64,000 nt of DNA from Branchiostoma floridae (GCF_015852565.1 NC_136205.1:3066707-3130706); one strand, 5' to 3'. Positions 24,102 to 35,665 are shown, numbered from the stretch's first letter. The notes: generated by a model not told the origin, from the sequence alone. Numbers and translations are program-made.

Positions 24102-24483
24102 GTGAGTGAAGAGGTAAATTCCATGCAGAGTTTTCTCAAGGAAAAGTTTGCAAAAAGCAGTTTCTGACATTGCAAGCAACTGGATATGGTTTTGGAAACA
24201 GTCAGACGTGCAAATGGGAGCATTACATTTGCGAGTGGAGTGACCAACCTGGGAGATGATGTGGAAGTTAAATTGGAGGATTCTTAGCCTTCCTGAGGTG
24301 CAAACATTACTGTCAGACATATTGAAGACTTTGACCACTGGAAATTACTGTTTATATCAGAAAATAAGACAATATTGCTTCCAGTTCAAGACTTTATCAC
24401 TTTGTTACTTCTCATTAGCCTTAAGACAAGGATTTCAAATCTTATACGTTTCAAGTGAGATTCTCTCTGTAATTCTCTAACAG

Positions 24484-24615
24484 AAAGATACTCAGTCTGG
24501 TAAGGTGACCAAGAAGGGTTCAGCTGCACCTGTACTGCAGGTGCTGGAGCTACAGGTGGCATCAGGTGAACCTGATAACTCGAAAGGAGAGTTCAAGTAC
24601 AGGGTCATGACACAG
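24484..24615 (+). CDS. PARP4: PARP4 exon 5
   Basis: taacag|KDTQSGKVTKKGSAAPVLQVLELQVASGEPDNSKGEFKYRVMTQ|gtgaga. Colinear with human AVVVELQCSRDSRD... Confidence 0.7.
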
Positions 24616-24761
24616 GTGAGAAAAGTATCAACATTCTTGTTGGCTTGTTTGTATTGCGTATTGGTAAACAGCTTCATCGAAAAATTAAAATCAACACACC
24701 AGGGTTTCTATACTGAGGAGCACAAGCTGCATTTATCCAGACAGATTTATTTGATCCACTT

Positions 24762-25108
24762 CAGGGCTCGAAATTCATTTTTGGGATTAGGTGCACTGGT
24801 GCACCCAGCTTAAAAGATTGGGTGCACCAAAAATATTTTGGGTGCACCACTTAAATTTAAGTAATAACCTAGTAATAAAACTTAGTTACAAGCTATCGAA
24901 TTCTTAAACAACAGACATTTTTATTATCTTTCTAACACTTAGATGTCAAGAATATGATGTACGTGTATACTATGTATACTTTGATATCTTTACATACATA
25001 AACCTAAGAAAATATTTGGGTGCATCCTGTGCACCCAGAGAAAATAATTGGGTGCACAGCTCCAATTCTGGGTGAACCTGGGTGCACATGCACCCAGTAT
25101 TTCGAGCC
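24762..25108. mobile_element. MITE with TIR CAGGGCTCGAAAT…ATTTCGAGCCCTG containing ~10 internal GGGTGCAC(CC) palindromic units
   Basis: The terminal inverted repeats and internal repeated motif are visible. The CAGGG TIR start is shared with the 27072 family. Confidence 0.6.
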
Positions 25109-25289
25109 CTGCACTTACATCAGGAAGAACCCTTTTTTTGATAAGTGTGTTGGGTTTTTTAAATGCTTGAGATGTAGCTCTTCCCAAATATGGGACCTTT
25201 ATTTAGCATTCTATTGAGGCCAGCTAGAGTTGGATTTGGATTATTGTTTGTTTTACTAAGGCTTAACTCTCCTGTAATACCCCTACCAG

Positions 25290-25454
25290 GAGACAGGTGG
25301 CGCCAAAGAGTACAGGTACGTACAGACCGCGGATGAGGCAGTACAGGTGTACGGTATGCTGTACGACAGGTACACCAAACATCCGCACAACTACCGCAGG
25401 GCGGGGTCAGACGGGGACACGCCTTGGACGGTGGGGTCACCTCAACTGCTTCAG
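25290..25454 (+). CDS. PARP4: PARP4 exon 6
   Basis: taccag|ETGGAKEYRYVQTADEAVQVYGMLYDRYTKHPHNYRRAGSDGDTPWTVGSPQLLQ|gtaagt. Confidence 0.7.
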
Positions 25455-26091
25455 GTAAGTGGAAGATTTTTTTTAAAGCAAGAGCAAGTTAGATTAGACT
25501 TTGCATGTTATTGTCTGTACCCCTATGGTATCTGTATCCCCTGTGTCCGTACCCTGTAGTGTCCGTGCCACCTGTAGTGTCTGTACTCTCAGTAGTGTTT
25601 GTACAAGTTCCCTCTGTAGTGTGTGTACACCATGTATAGTTTCAGTGCCCCATGTATAGTTCCTTTAGCTCCATTTTTGGCCTTTAACAAAGTCCATGTA
25701 AAATGCTCCACAAATCTAACTCTTATTTGTCATTGTGGTAGGAAAACTTTTGCAACATACTAAAGGACCATTTAAAAGATATTGATGCCATCAAATGGAC
25801 ATTGCTTTTTCTTTCATTTTGGTAGGAGTAATTCGTCGATGTAGGTTAGACATCCAGGTAATAAGATACGCCAAAAAGTAGTTACTCTGAGCAACTGGAT
25901 ATGATTTTGGAAACGGTCAGACGTTTTGGATAGAATCCACTATCCTTCGTCAGTGACACTGAAGTGATCTGGAAGAAACAGGTCTTTTATACTCTAACTA
26001 TGGATGAAAACAATTTCAGATGTCCAATTTTGGTAGGAGTAATTGTTACATGATTGTATATCTTTGAAAAATTCTGTTTGTGCCCCTGTAG

Positions 26092-26229
26092 ATATTGAGT
26101 GAGGTTCAGACCCACACAGCCAGCGTGCCCCCCAGTGTCCTGGCTCTAGTGGACTCACTCTGGGAGGAGGCTCTGGGAAACCTGTCTCACGTCATCAACG
26201 GAGATGTACTACACATCAAAGTGGACCAG
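26092..26229 (+). CDS. PARP4: PARP4 exon 7
   Basis: ctgtag|ILSEVQTHTASVPPSVLALVDSLWEEALGNLSHVINGDVLHIKVDQ|gttcgt. Matches human LSQEVSDLVEMIWAEALGHLEHML. Confidence 0.8.
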
Positions 26230-26892
26230 GTTCGTTCGTTTGTTCGTATCCATTTTTGATTATACTGCTGCTGGGATCCCTGTCACGGGTAGGCAGCAGT
26301 CGGATAGTCTTCACACTGTGCTTATAATAATATAATAATATCATTAATTTCTTTCTGTCCCTTGAATTTTCAATGGAATACTTGTCGAGTGTGGAAGGCG
26401 CGATGATCCTAAAGGGGTCTTGGGAACTTAGTTTCAAAATCTCTGAAAGACCCCCTGAAACACTGTTTCCTGCATTTTGAGGGGCAAATTTTGCTGGTAG
26501 AGTAGACTCAGCTTGGTCCAATCACCAGGTATCTGAGCTGTATTCATGGAGATCTTTGCAATATTTGATTTTTTAGATATCTTTACATGCTGGTTTTTGT
26601 CCGTCACAAAGGACAAAATGTGTAAAATGTTTGTTTGTCCCTAGCTGCAAAGTTCCATCGAAAACAAGGACGGATGCAGACTAGAACCCTGGGTTGTACT
26701 GTAACCTAGTATTGATCAGAAGTTTCATCACTTAGTAATCAAACATACTTTCTTGATCTTTTAGGTATTATTATCACCTATAGAAATGTCTGATTTGTTG
26801 AAAAATATTGTATAATGATATGATATGAAGTTATGACGTTTAATTGAAATTATGACATTAATGCATTTTACATGAACTATTTTCTTTTCCAG

Positions 26893-27069
26893 ATCGACAA
26901 GGCAGAAGCACTACTTCTAAAGCTAAAGCAGGCTGTTGAAAGGAAGGCAGCAAATGAGGAGCTTCAGAAACTCTCCTCGGAGTTTTACAGCGCCATCCCC
27001 CACCGACCCGTCCACAAGTGTGTCATCAGGAACAAGAGGATAATAGCACGGAAACAGGACATGTGTCAG
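26893..27069 (+). CDS. PARP4: PARP4 exon 8
   Basis: ttttccag|IDKAEALLLKLKQAVERKAANEELQKLSSEFYSAIPHRPVHKCVIRNKRIIARKQDMCQ|gtacag. Matches human ILLLVKAALKNGETAEQLQKMMTEFYRLIPHKG...KKADLCQ. Confidence 0.85.
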
Positions 27070-27071
27070 GT

Positions 27072-27430
27072 ACAGGGCTCTAGCCAGCTCGACATTTTTT
27101 TTCCGTCAGCCAATTCCCAATGTCGCGAAAACACTATTCCAGGAGTTAGAGAGACTGAACTGAGACCTTAAAAAACGGGTTTTAATGAGATTATCGTATG
27201 CAAAAGGGCACCGACACACAATATCAACAATCATAACAATAGCAAAACAAACAGTGTGTGGCTTTTACGGCCGTGGACGGCGTCCCCAAGCAGCCTGTAG
27301 CTTCCACCAAGGAGCTTTTATCAGATTTTTGTCCGTCAAAGTTGACGGATTGGTTTTAAAATTTTTCCGTCACACGCAGCAAATTTCCGTCAATTGACGG
27401 AAAAACGGACGCTGGCTAGAGCCCTGGTCA
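27072..27430. mobile_element. hAT-like MITE, copy 2, inserted exactly at the donor of PARP4 exon 8. Its 8-bp TSD GTCAGGTA duplicates the CAG|GTA junction.
   Basis: TIR CAGGGCTCTAGCCAGC…GCTGGCTAGAGCCCTG. The flanks are ATGTGTCAGGTA|…|GTCAGGTAAAAAG. Confidence 0.75.
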
Positions 27431-28012
27431 GGTAAAAAGTAGGCCGGTAGCCTAAAAGTAAGACATTGTCAGGCTTCAGTTGATCCATAGACTATAGAAT
27501 GAATGAATGAAGGAAGAAAACCTTTATTGTAAAATGATAAAACTATGTTTCTGCTCTCACAAGCTAAGTACAAGTCAAAATGATAATAAAAGATGACAGT
27601 TCCGAGTAGTCTGAGTACAAGTTCTTAATTAAGTTCTAGTGATGTGAGGGCAAGTTATCTCACTACATTACTACTAGTCTAGAAACAGGGCCTCAGTTGG
27701 CATAGCCTGGAGACATGATATGTTACACTTCAGTCAAGCAATACCAGGAAGACAAGACATGTCATGTCATGATATATCAAACAACCTGAAATTTTGCTAG
27801 TCAAGAAAGAAATCTGACAGAGGTTATGTGCTATATTAATTTTGTAGGTTTCAATGCATAGTACAAGATTGTACAAAATCAAAGCAGCTGTATATTTTAC
27901 TTAGAAGATTACTTTGAAGTTTATGAACTCTAGCATAGTCATATAATAACATTGAATTTAAAAATGGAATGCAAAAGTGTTTAACGTTAATTTTTCATGT
28001 TTCCTTTCCCAG

Positions 28013-28176
28013 CTGATTCGAGACATGGTGAGCGTGAGTGAGGCCACGAGCTGGGCTTATCGCCCGAGCGCCGTCGCCAGGTGCCACGCCCTCAGGTGTA
28101 ACATCCAACCACTGGACAGGGACAGCGAAGACTTCCGTAGTCTGGAGTCCACGATTTACTACAGCCAAGGGAAGGG
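28013..28176 (+). CDS. PARP4: PARP4 exon 9
   Basis: tttcccag|LIRDMVSVSEATSWAYRPSAVARCHALRCNIQPLDRDSEDFRSLESTIYYSQGK(G)|gtaagg. Matches human LIRDMVNVCETNLSKPNPPSLAKYRALRCKIEH. Confidence 0.85.
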
Positions 28177-28195
28177 GTAAGGCCATTGTGTCACA

Positions 28196-28375
28196 GGGAT
28201 GAGTGAGAGAGTGAGTGAGAGAGTGAGTGAGTGAGTGAGTGAGTGAGTGAGTGAGTGAGTGAGTGAGTGAGTGAGTGAGTGAGTGAGAGTGAGTGAGTGA
28301 GTGAGTGAGTGAGTGAGTGAGTGAGTGAGTGAGTGAGTGAGTGAGTGAGTGAGTGAGAGAGTGAGGTAGTGAGTG
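28196..28375. repeat. (GAGT)n/(GAGTGAGT)n microsatellite starting 20 bp downstream of the PARP4 exon 9 donor
   Basis: gagtgagagagtgagtgag…(gagtgagt)n is visible. Confidence 0.9.
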
Positions 28376-28439
28376 AGAGTGTTTGAGCGGTTGAAAGTTT
28401 TAAATTCTATTTAATAGGCTACATACATTGTAAGCTTAT

Positions 28440-28570
28440 TGAACTTAAAGATCTTGTTACTTGTTTTGACTTGATCTTAAGATGTTTTGCCTCAATCTTG
28501 AGATGTTTTAGAAAAATCTTAAAATGCTTCATAAAACATCTCAAGATATTTTGAAAGTTGCTTGAAAAAG
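28440..28570. repeat. Interspersed repeat built of tcttgaga/tctcaaga palindromic units, copy 1. Copy 2 is at 52550-52740.
   Basis: atcttaagatgttttgcctcaatcttgagatgttttag…aacatctcaagatattttg compares with 52560-52740 …atcttgagacgttttaaaa…aatctcaagactgatg…. Confidence 0.5.
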
Positions 28571-28689
28571 TCCCTGAATTTACTATTTTTTACAGTGATT
28601 TGAATGCGTATCTTAATCATATTGTCATCAGTAATACACCCAGTATTCTCTCAATCACCGTACAGTTTTTAGGGTTCATGATTGTGTTG

Positions 28690-28880
28690 TTGATAACCCC
28701 CTCACATTAGGCGCGATTCAATCAGACGACGAGTCTGCGAGCTCTAAATTACGAGGAGGCATGACCCTGACGGGAAGGGGGAACTCTGCCATTTCTTCGT
28801 TGGCATCAGGGTCATGCCTCCTTGTAATTTAGAGCTCGCAGACTCGTCGTCCGATCGAATCGCGGCTAATGTGAGGGGGG
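28690..28880. repeat. Near-perfect ~190-bp palindrome (MITE-like foldback) in a PARP4 intron
   Basis: cctcacattaggcgcgattcaatcagacgacgagtctgcgagctctaaattacgaggaggcatgaccctga…tcagggtcatgcctccttgtaatttagagctcgcagactcgtcgtc…gcggctaatgtgagg. Confidence 0.65.
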
Positions 28881-29064
28881 GTATAAGCACCATCCAATGT
28901 GGTAGATCTCTGGGTGAAAAACATGCTTGTGAGAGACACACATGGCCAAAGCGTTATTAAATTTCAACTATATGACAAGGACATACATGTAGCAGAAATA
29001 AGTTAAACAGCTTCTTTAGGAGTTTTTAAAAAAGGTAAAGTTCAACCACACTCCTTATTTTCAG

Positions 29065-29173
29065 TGGGCAGTCCATCAGAGTTGAGAACGTGTTCAGGGT
29101 GTGTCGCTCTGTGGAGGAAGCTGGGTTCAACTCTGCCATCGGGAATGTCCAAATCAAGTTTCACTCCTCACAG
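29065..29173 (+). CDS. PARP4: PARP4 exon 10
   Basis: ttttcag|GQSIRVENVFRVCRSVEEAGFNSAIGNVQIKFHSSQ|gtaaac. Matches human DVLQIFRVGRVNETTEFLSKLGNVRPLLHGS. Confidence 0.8.
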
Positions 29174-29362
29174 GTAAACTATTTGTTTTCTCACAATGAT
29201 TTTGTTACTAAATCATGTTTTTCAAAAGTGACTAATGAGAAGTTAACAAAGTTAGTATTTTTTAAAAAATTTTCTATATCAGTCTATCTTAGTTGAGGCA
29301 CCTGCATTTAAAGCTCCTTCTATGTATTTTCAATTAATAAATCTCTTTTGTATATTTTACAG

Positions 29363-29391
29363 GCACAGAACTTTGTTGGCATCTTGTCAAG
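29363..29391 (+). CDS. PARP4: PARP4 exon 11 (29-nt micro-exon)
   Basis: ttttacag|AQNFVGILS(R)|gtaggc. Matches human PVQNIVGILCRG. It is needed to keep the reading phase. Confidence 0.7.
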
Positions 29392-29826
29392 GTAGGCAAG
29401 ATTTCAGTTCTGTATCTGTATCTGTATCTGTATCTATATAGCCGGTATAACCGCCGTTTGGCGTAACACACCAGCTTCGCAGGCACGCGGCGCGGCAGCA
29501 GCTGGTTATATTACACCAAACGACTCGTTACCCCTAACTTTTGCACATCTATCTGCAAGCATTCTTTAAAACTACCCAGAGAAGATGCCCCTACTGTACT
29601 TGGTGATAACAAATTCCACTTAGAATTGTTAAGAATGAATGACAAAAGGTGTTGATATAACCTTAACCCTGTGAAACTAGATCTTATGCAATAAATGATC
29701 TCTATACAGTCATCACATTAGTATTTAGTAACAGTTTTAATATTCGTTAACTAGCATTATTTTTAGTTGTCTGTCTCTTTTACACGTTAAACTAAAAAAC
29801 ATGACCTTGAAACGTGTGTTGTTCAG

Positions 29827-29922
29827 AGGTCTGCTGCTCCCCAAGGTCGTTGTTGATGACTTCGGCGGAACCAGAACTGACGCAGGCATGCTGGGACATG
29901 GCATCTACTTCTCAGATGCAAG
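29827..29922 (+). CDS. PARP4: PARP4 exon 12 (PARP catalytic domain)
   Basis: ttgttcag|GLLLPKVVVDDFGGTRTDAGMLGHGIYFSDA|gtaagg. Matches human RGLLLPKVVEDRGVQRTDVGNLGSGIYFSDS. Confidence 0.9.
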
Positions 29923-30301
29923 GTAAGGGTCGTGTGGCGCAATTAGAGGGTGTTTGATTGATGAAACTCTTGTTTTCCCAGTTTTCCGTAAGCCAGTGAA
30001 AATGTTTGGTACATGGTGCTGAAATGCCGTCCATCAAAATTTGAAGACTTAGTCAGTTACTACTGGTGGCTGCTGGTCCCAGAAAAGTTATTTCCTGATG
30101 TCAGTTTCCTGCTATATGTATGTAGTACATGTATGACCTAGGAGCCAGTGGGGAAAATACTGAAGACTTTATCAAAAAGAAATTTGCAGTAATAATGACT
30201 AAAACTGGAAATTAACATAAACTAAAAAAAGAATATTTCATTGAGGCATGACACTATTGATTTCTTGTTTCTTGCTATTCAACAATGGTCCATTCTTACA
30301 G

Positions 30302-30420
30302 CACCAGTGCAAAATACTCCTCTCCCAACAAGTCCAGAGGTACCAGATACATGGTAGTGAGTGAGGTAGCCTTGGGGAAGTGTAAGGATGTGTATCAACA
30401 CGGCATCGATTCCTAAATGT
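30302..30420 (+). pseudogene. Tandem partial duplicate (copy 1) of PARP4 exon 13: acceptor plus the first ~115 nt, ending in an in-frame TAA
   Basis: ttcttacag|CACCAGTGCAAAATACTCCTCTCCCAACAAGTCCAGAGGTACCAGATACATGG... repeats the exon-13 start. It then diverges at ...GTGTATCAACACGGCATCGATTCCTAA. Confidence 0.7.
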
Positions 30421-30453
30421 TTCTAACATTTCAATCATGGTCCTTTCTTACAG

Positions 30454-30577
30454 CACCAGTGCAGCATACTCCTCTCCCAACAAGTCCAGAGGTACCAGAT
30501 ACATGGTAGTGAGTGAGGTAGCCTTGGGGAAGTGTAAGGATGTGTATCAACACGGCATCGATTCCTAAATGTTTCTA
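30454..30577 (+). pseudogene. Tandem partial duplicate (copy 2) of PARP4 exon 13, a 158-bp unit
   Basis: Second near-identical copy of the unit. The authentic exon is the third copy, at 30606-30789. Confidence 0.7.
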
Positions 30578-30605
30578 ACATTTCAATCATGGTCCTTTCT
30601 TACAG

Positions 30606-30789
30606 CACCAGTGCAGCATACTCCTCTCCCAACAAGTCCAGAGGTACCAGATACATGGTAGTGAGTGAGGTAGCCTTGGGGAAGTGTAAGGATGTGTACA
30701 AACACGACACCAGCCTGACACAACCACCTCAGGGGTACAACAGTGTGCATGGAGTCAAGGGGACTGATGAGATCACTTCAGAGTTTAAG
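30606..30789 (+). CDS. PARP4: PARP4 exon 13 (PARP catalytic domain)
   Basis: tcttacag|STSAAYSSPNKSRGTRYMVVSEVALGKCKDVYKHDTSLTQPPQGYNSVHGVKGTDEITSEFK|gtagga. Matches human LSTSIKYSHPGETDGTRLLLICDVALGKCMDLHEKDFSLTEAPPGYDSVHGV. Confidence 0.9.
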
Positions 30790-31019
30790 GTAGGAATATT
30801 CTAAATGAGAAACGAACTCTTCTCCAACTCCAAAGTATTGAATTTTTGTCTGAATAACTCAGTCGTCTTAATCTGGAGAGAATCTCATTTTCATTTACAA
30901 CTGTCTTGAGAAGCAAGAAGAAGTTGAACCTTTACATACTAGACTAAGTATACTTTAGACTTTGTTGTCTTAGTTTTATATCACATCCTTACACACATTG
31001 CACTTAGAATCCCTAGGAA

Positions 31020-32600
31020 CTGCATTCTATTCACCTTGTTTCCAATGACATAATTTCCGAAAACCAACATGCGTATAGAAAATCACACTCTACAGCTAGT
31101 GCCCTTATACAAATGTCTGACTACTGGTTGGGGGAGATAGATAAAGGGAATTTGATTGGCGCCGTTATGCTAGATTTTAGCGCGGCATTTGATGTCATTA
31201 ACCACGATATTTGTTTAGCCAAGCTTAAGAGCTATGGTTTTGAGGAATCTGCAATCAAGTGGGTACAGAGTTATCTTGGCAACAGGAAACAAGCTGTATT
31301 CGTTAACGGTAGTTTTTCCTCATATAAAGAATCCAGGTGCGGCGTTCCCCAAGGCAGCTGCCTGGGTCCATTGCTTTTCTCTATATTTGTCAATGATCTC
31401 CCCGCATTTACAAATAGTATAGTAGTCATGTACGCTGATGATTCAACGCCCTCAGCATCGGCTCCCACTGTCGCGAAATTGAAATACAAATTGCAGACTG
31501 ACTTGGAGCGAATCTGGAATTGGGTACAAACTAATCATCTTGTTCTCAATATTGGAAAAACTAAATCAATCATGATGGGTACGCAACAAAAACTAAAACG
31601 TAATCCCAAATTAGAACTAAGAATAGATGGAACAGACATTACACATGTAGAACAGGCTGAACTGTTAGGTCTCACTATAGACCAACGTCTCACATGGGGA
31701 TCGCATATTGACAAAACGAAGAATAAAATGGCAGGCATACTAGCCACAATAAGACGACACAGGAAGTACTTCACAAAAAGTATATTGAGATCTGTTATTC
31801 AGGCTCTGGTTTTGTCACACATTGACTACGGCTCAGTGCTGCTATCCTCTGCACCACAGACACACATAGATGGTCTTCAGGTGGTCCAGAATCGCGCTGC
31901 TCGCCTGGCCACAAACAAGCCCTTTGACACCAACCTGGAAGACCTACACATGCAGTTAAAGTGGCAAACCGTTAAAGAAAGACTCTTCACAAATACTGTA
32001 TGTACATTCCACAAAATTGTTAAGGAAAGGCAACCCCAATGCATCTTCAAGCAATTACAAACAATTCAATCCACACATGAGCATCACACGAGGCTGTCTA
32101 CTAGAGGAGCATTCACTCAATCAAAACCCAAAACAAACGCTAAAACAAGGACATTTGGCTACAGATGCATCAAAACCTATAACACATTGCCAAACACAAC
32201 GACATCATACAACAACATTGAGTTCAAATCTAGGATAAAAGAGCTTGCGAAAACACGAGACAAAAGACAACCCCTGAGCACATGGTGGTAATGATTTTTA
32301 TATTTCAGTATATCTAAGTTATATATTTATGTTGTGTTATTAGTACACTTTTGATTGGATTGTGTTTCAATCAATTAAGTTAACTTCTTCTGCTATTCAT
32401 TATTTGTTATGTATGATCACTTCTTTATTTTGACCTCTGACCTCTGCTTATTATTTTGCTTATTATTTTACGCTAATTATCCGCTTTTGATGTTAAGTTG
32501 TTTCTTTTTCATTTCATGTATTTTATTTATTCTTATTATTATGACTCCAGGAAGAGTAGTGGCATGATTTTATGATGTACACTAATGGAGATCGCAACAA
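31020..32600 (+). mobile_element. 5'-truncated non-LTR (LINE) retrotransposon fragment with a reverse-transcriptase ORF, lying in the PARP4 intron between exons 13 and 14
   Basis: ORF 31113-32291 carries RT motifs: AVMLDFSAAFDVINHD, CGVPQGSCLGPLLF, YADD, and a thumb-like C-terminus. Confidence 0.8.
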
Positions 32601-32793
32601 ACAAACAAACCTTGACCTGTACTTGTTAGAGAGCATAAACGTATAATAAAGGTCTTCATTATCATTAAAAAATCTTAGACAGAAATTGTCAACACAATGA
32701 TTACTAATAGATTTATATCATTTATAGCTTAATGAGTTTTGGTAGTAGTTAATTACATATGTTTCATACTCAATCTGGTATATCCTGTTACAG

Positions 32794-32837
32794 GATGATG
32801 AATATGTCATCTACAATGTTCAGCAGCAAAAAATGAG
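32794..32837 (+). CDS. PARP4: PARP4 exon 14
   Basis: ctgttacag|DDEYVIYNVQQQKM(R)|gtatgt. Matches human DDEFVVYKTNQVKMKY. Confidence 0.75.
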
Positions 32838-33033
32838 GTATGTGAAACGAATTCCCATAATTTTGTATCTTGTGTTGTTTATAACTGTGTGGCAGAAAGT
32901 AGAAGTGGAGATTGTCACTGCCCTAACATCAATTCTCATAATTTAACTGGGTGCCATCAATACCCCCAAATGAGAAAAAGACATGAATTCAATGTAATTT
33001 AAAGAGATACAGACATTACAGTAGAAGCCAGTC

Positions 33034-33172
33034 AACTGCACAATGGATTAATGCACACTTCTGTTAACTGCAAGGAATCCCAAACCGGTGCAGTCCAGCT
33101 AGATAACTTTGCATTATTACACCAGCCGGATAATTGCACGAGATTCATTGGCAAATAGGCCGTGCAATTAAG
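33034..33172. mobile_element. ~145-bp MITE (TIR AATTGCACAG), copy B, in a PARP4 intron
   Basis: cagtcaactgcacaatggattaatgcacacttctgttaactgcaagg…ggcaaataggccgtgcaattaag. Confidence 0.65.
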
Positions 33173-33802
33173 TGGCTTCTACTGTATATGAATGCAGCAT
33201 ATGTAATCCTTGGGTACATGTATATAGTATTACACTTCAGATATTTACGTGACATGTTCAAAATGATCTTGAGAATGCCTCTATGTTGAGGTCTTATGGC
33301 ATCTGATGGAATTATGAGACTCATAAGTTGATGTTACACAGTGTTTTTAACCAACCAATTCTCACTGTACATTAACCATTGCTTTCAAGTACTATTTATT
33401 TATTGGTTTAGCTGTTCAGAACACACAGCCAGGGTTGCCCAACTAGCCTATGGCTATTACAAAGGGCTAACCCTGCTGACAAAAACAGAGACAATACATA
33501 TGGATTTGAACAGAATACTTATCAACAGATTTTCTAAGTTCATAAAGGATAGAAATGAAAACAAAAAAAAGTACATTTATACAGTATATACAAGGTGTAG
33601 CATGGCATACATATTATCTATAATAGAATATATAACATCATATATAACAATATTTGCAATGAGAGGTCAGGGTCTGTATATACACGTGTATGACTATGTG
33701 TAAGGGTCGCCTAGGCATTCTCACAGTTTTCTTTTGCTTGATAACATTGTTAGTGCTTTTGCAGATGTTTATTTCATGACCTGAATTTCTCCGTTGTTGC
33801 AG

Positions 33803-33921
33803 GTACCTTGTGGAGTTCTCGCTGCCAGGTGATCAGGTGACACCTGTGGATGAGACTGCTTACCTGCACCTGCTCACACCTGAGGGGGAGGCAGAGGAAG
33901 GGGAGGATCTAAACAAGATCT
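33803..33921 (+). CDS. PARP4: PARP4 exon 15
   Basis: ttgttgcag|YLVEFSLPGDQVTPVDETAYLHLLTPEGEAEEGEDLNKI|gtaagt. Matches human YIIKFSMPGDQIKDFHPSDHTELEEYRPEF. Confidence 0.8.
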
Positions 33922-34404
33922 GTAAGTGCTGTAAAATTATTACAGGCTTACAAACTCTTAGATAAACAGGTACATAGAAAGTAGTGTGCTCCCTTATGTA
34001 TTTGGGGGGTTGGCTCAAACCCTGGTTTGAAAAATAGTACATACATGACTTCTTCAGCACTTAACACTTATGACAAAGAGTGTAAAAGCACAACAGTGGA
34101 CTAACCCCATACTGTGGTGGTCCTGTGTAGTCTAAGGCCTGTAGAGATATAGCTGCCACCTCGTTCAGTCTATATATGATAAGTATGGGACTTAGAATTA
34201 GGACTAACTTAAGTGTTTTATGCCTTGAAAATAAAAAGTAAAATAATAATTAGAACATGCATCTATTGCATGTTACAGCTCTATATAGTCTATTGATTTT
34301 AACAGGATTCAAGTTTTGTTTTCAAAACTTATTAAAACTTTGAAAGGAACAATGATTTCACTAACTGTTACTGAAAAGCATACAACTTTTTTTTTTTCAT
34401 CCAG

Positions 34405-34541
34405 CCCTTGAAGATGTGCAGAACATTGCTGACCCTCTAGACAAGGTCAAAGGTGGGCTTATCTCCAAACACGGGGAGGAGACCCCCGTCCCGCTCAAGT
34501 CTGTACATGTCAGAGCCAAGCTCCTGGATTTAGCTGCACAG
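34405..34541 (+). CDS. PARP4: PARP4 exon 16
   Basis: tttcatccag|(S)LEDVQNIADPLDKVKGGLISKHGEETPVPLKSVHVRAKLLDLAAQ|gtaaac. Matches human LVPLEDVHIKGRIIDTVAQ. Confidence 0.8.
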
Positions 34542-34997
34542 GTAAACTATAAGTTGTATCCATTATTTGATGAAACTGCTGCTGAGGGGTGGGTACCGGT
34601 ACAGAAAATTTAAGTACTATCTGGTTCATATAAAGAGGAAAATGTCCAGGTCTGGATCTGAACCTCGACCTGATTGTCTGTGAAAACCTTCGTCCTGAAG
34701 AAATTATGGTAACTACAAAGTAAAACTAAACTCTTCTTCACTCTTGTTATTTCATTGGACATTTTGTAAGCTCCCAAACGTGTAGACCAGTGCCATAATC
34801 TGTTCATTTTCTATCAGACTCTTATCAGGTCTGTTTTTCTTGGACCGGTAAAACAAGAAAAAAAATACACTATATCAATGTTCGTCCACTATTGCTTGAA
34901 TTATCTTGTATTACGTAACACTTTGAAAATTGTTTGGCTGAAAGGCTGATATAAAATCAAACTATTATTAAATAAACTGTTTTCTTCCCCTCTGTAG

Positions 34998-35216
34998 GTT
35001 GTTGTGTTGCAGTCCTATAAGAATGAAAACAATGTTGCCATCGAGGCCAAGTACGTGTTCCCGCTAGATGACATGGCGGCTGTTGTCGGGTTTGAAGCAT
35101 TCATCAACGGGAAGCACGTGGTCGGAGAGGTGAAGGAAAAAGAGGAGGCACATCGCGAGTACCGACAGGCGATCAGCGAGGGACATGGTGCTTACCTCAT
35201 GGACGAAGAAACTCCT
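34998..35216 (+). CDS. PARP4: PARP4 exon 17 (VIT domain)
   Basis: ctctgtag|VVVLQSYKNENNVAIEAKYVFPLDDMAAVVGFEAFINGKHVVGEVKEKEEAHREYRQAISEGHGAYLMDEETP|gtaaga. Near-identical to human AKYIFPLDDKAAVCGFEAFINGKHIVGEIKEKEEAQQEYLEAVTQGHGAYLM. Confidence 0.92.
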
Positions 35217-35665
35217 GTAAGATTCTTGATGACTTAAATTCAACAGTTATTTTTGCAGTATTAGTACTGTTAGTAGTATTTTGTGTAATAGCATTGTGGG
35301 TAAAACTGTTTGCTTTGTATTTGAGATTTTGTGTGTTCAAACCCCAGGTGAGTCATAATAGAGAATTTTGAAGAAATTATGTCATACAGTTTGATGCAAA
35401 AGAATGTGTACTGCCTTATACAGAGTTTTGGGTCACAACAAAATAGCAATATACAAGAGGGCCAAGTAAGTATCCTGGTGGAACCCCAACCCTAGACCAT
35501 ATATCTTTTGACAAGAAAAACTAAGTTTCCACTGGTCAGTCTGTGAATGTTTTACTACCTTCTTGTCACTGCGCCAACAAACAATGTTTCAGTGTCAAAG
35601 AGGTACATTCAATGACACATATCTTTTACATACAGTGACAATTGTTATGATTTGTGTTTTTCTAG

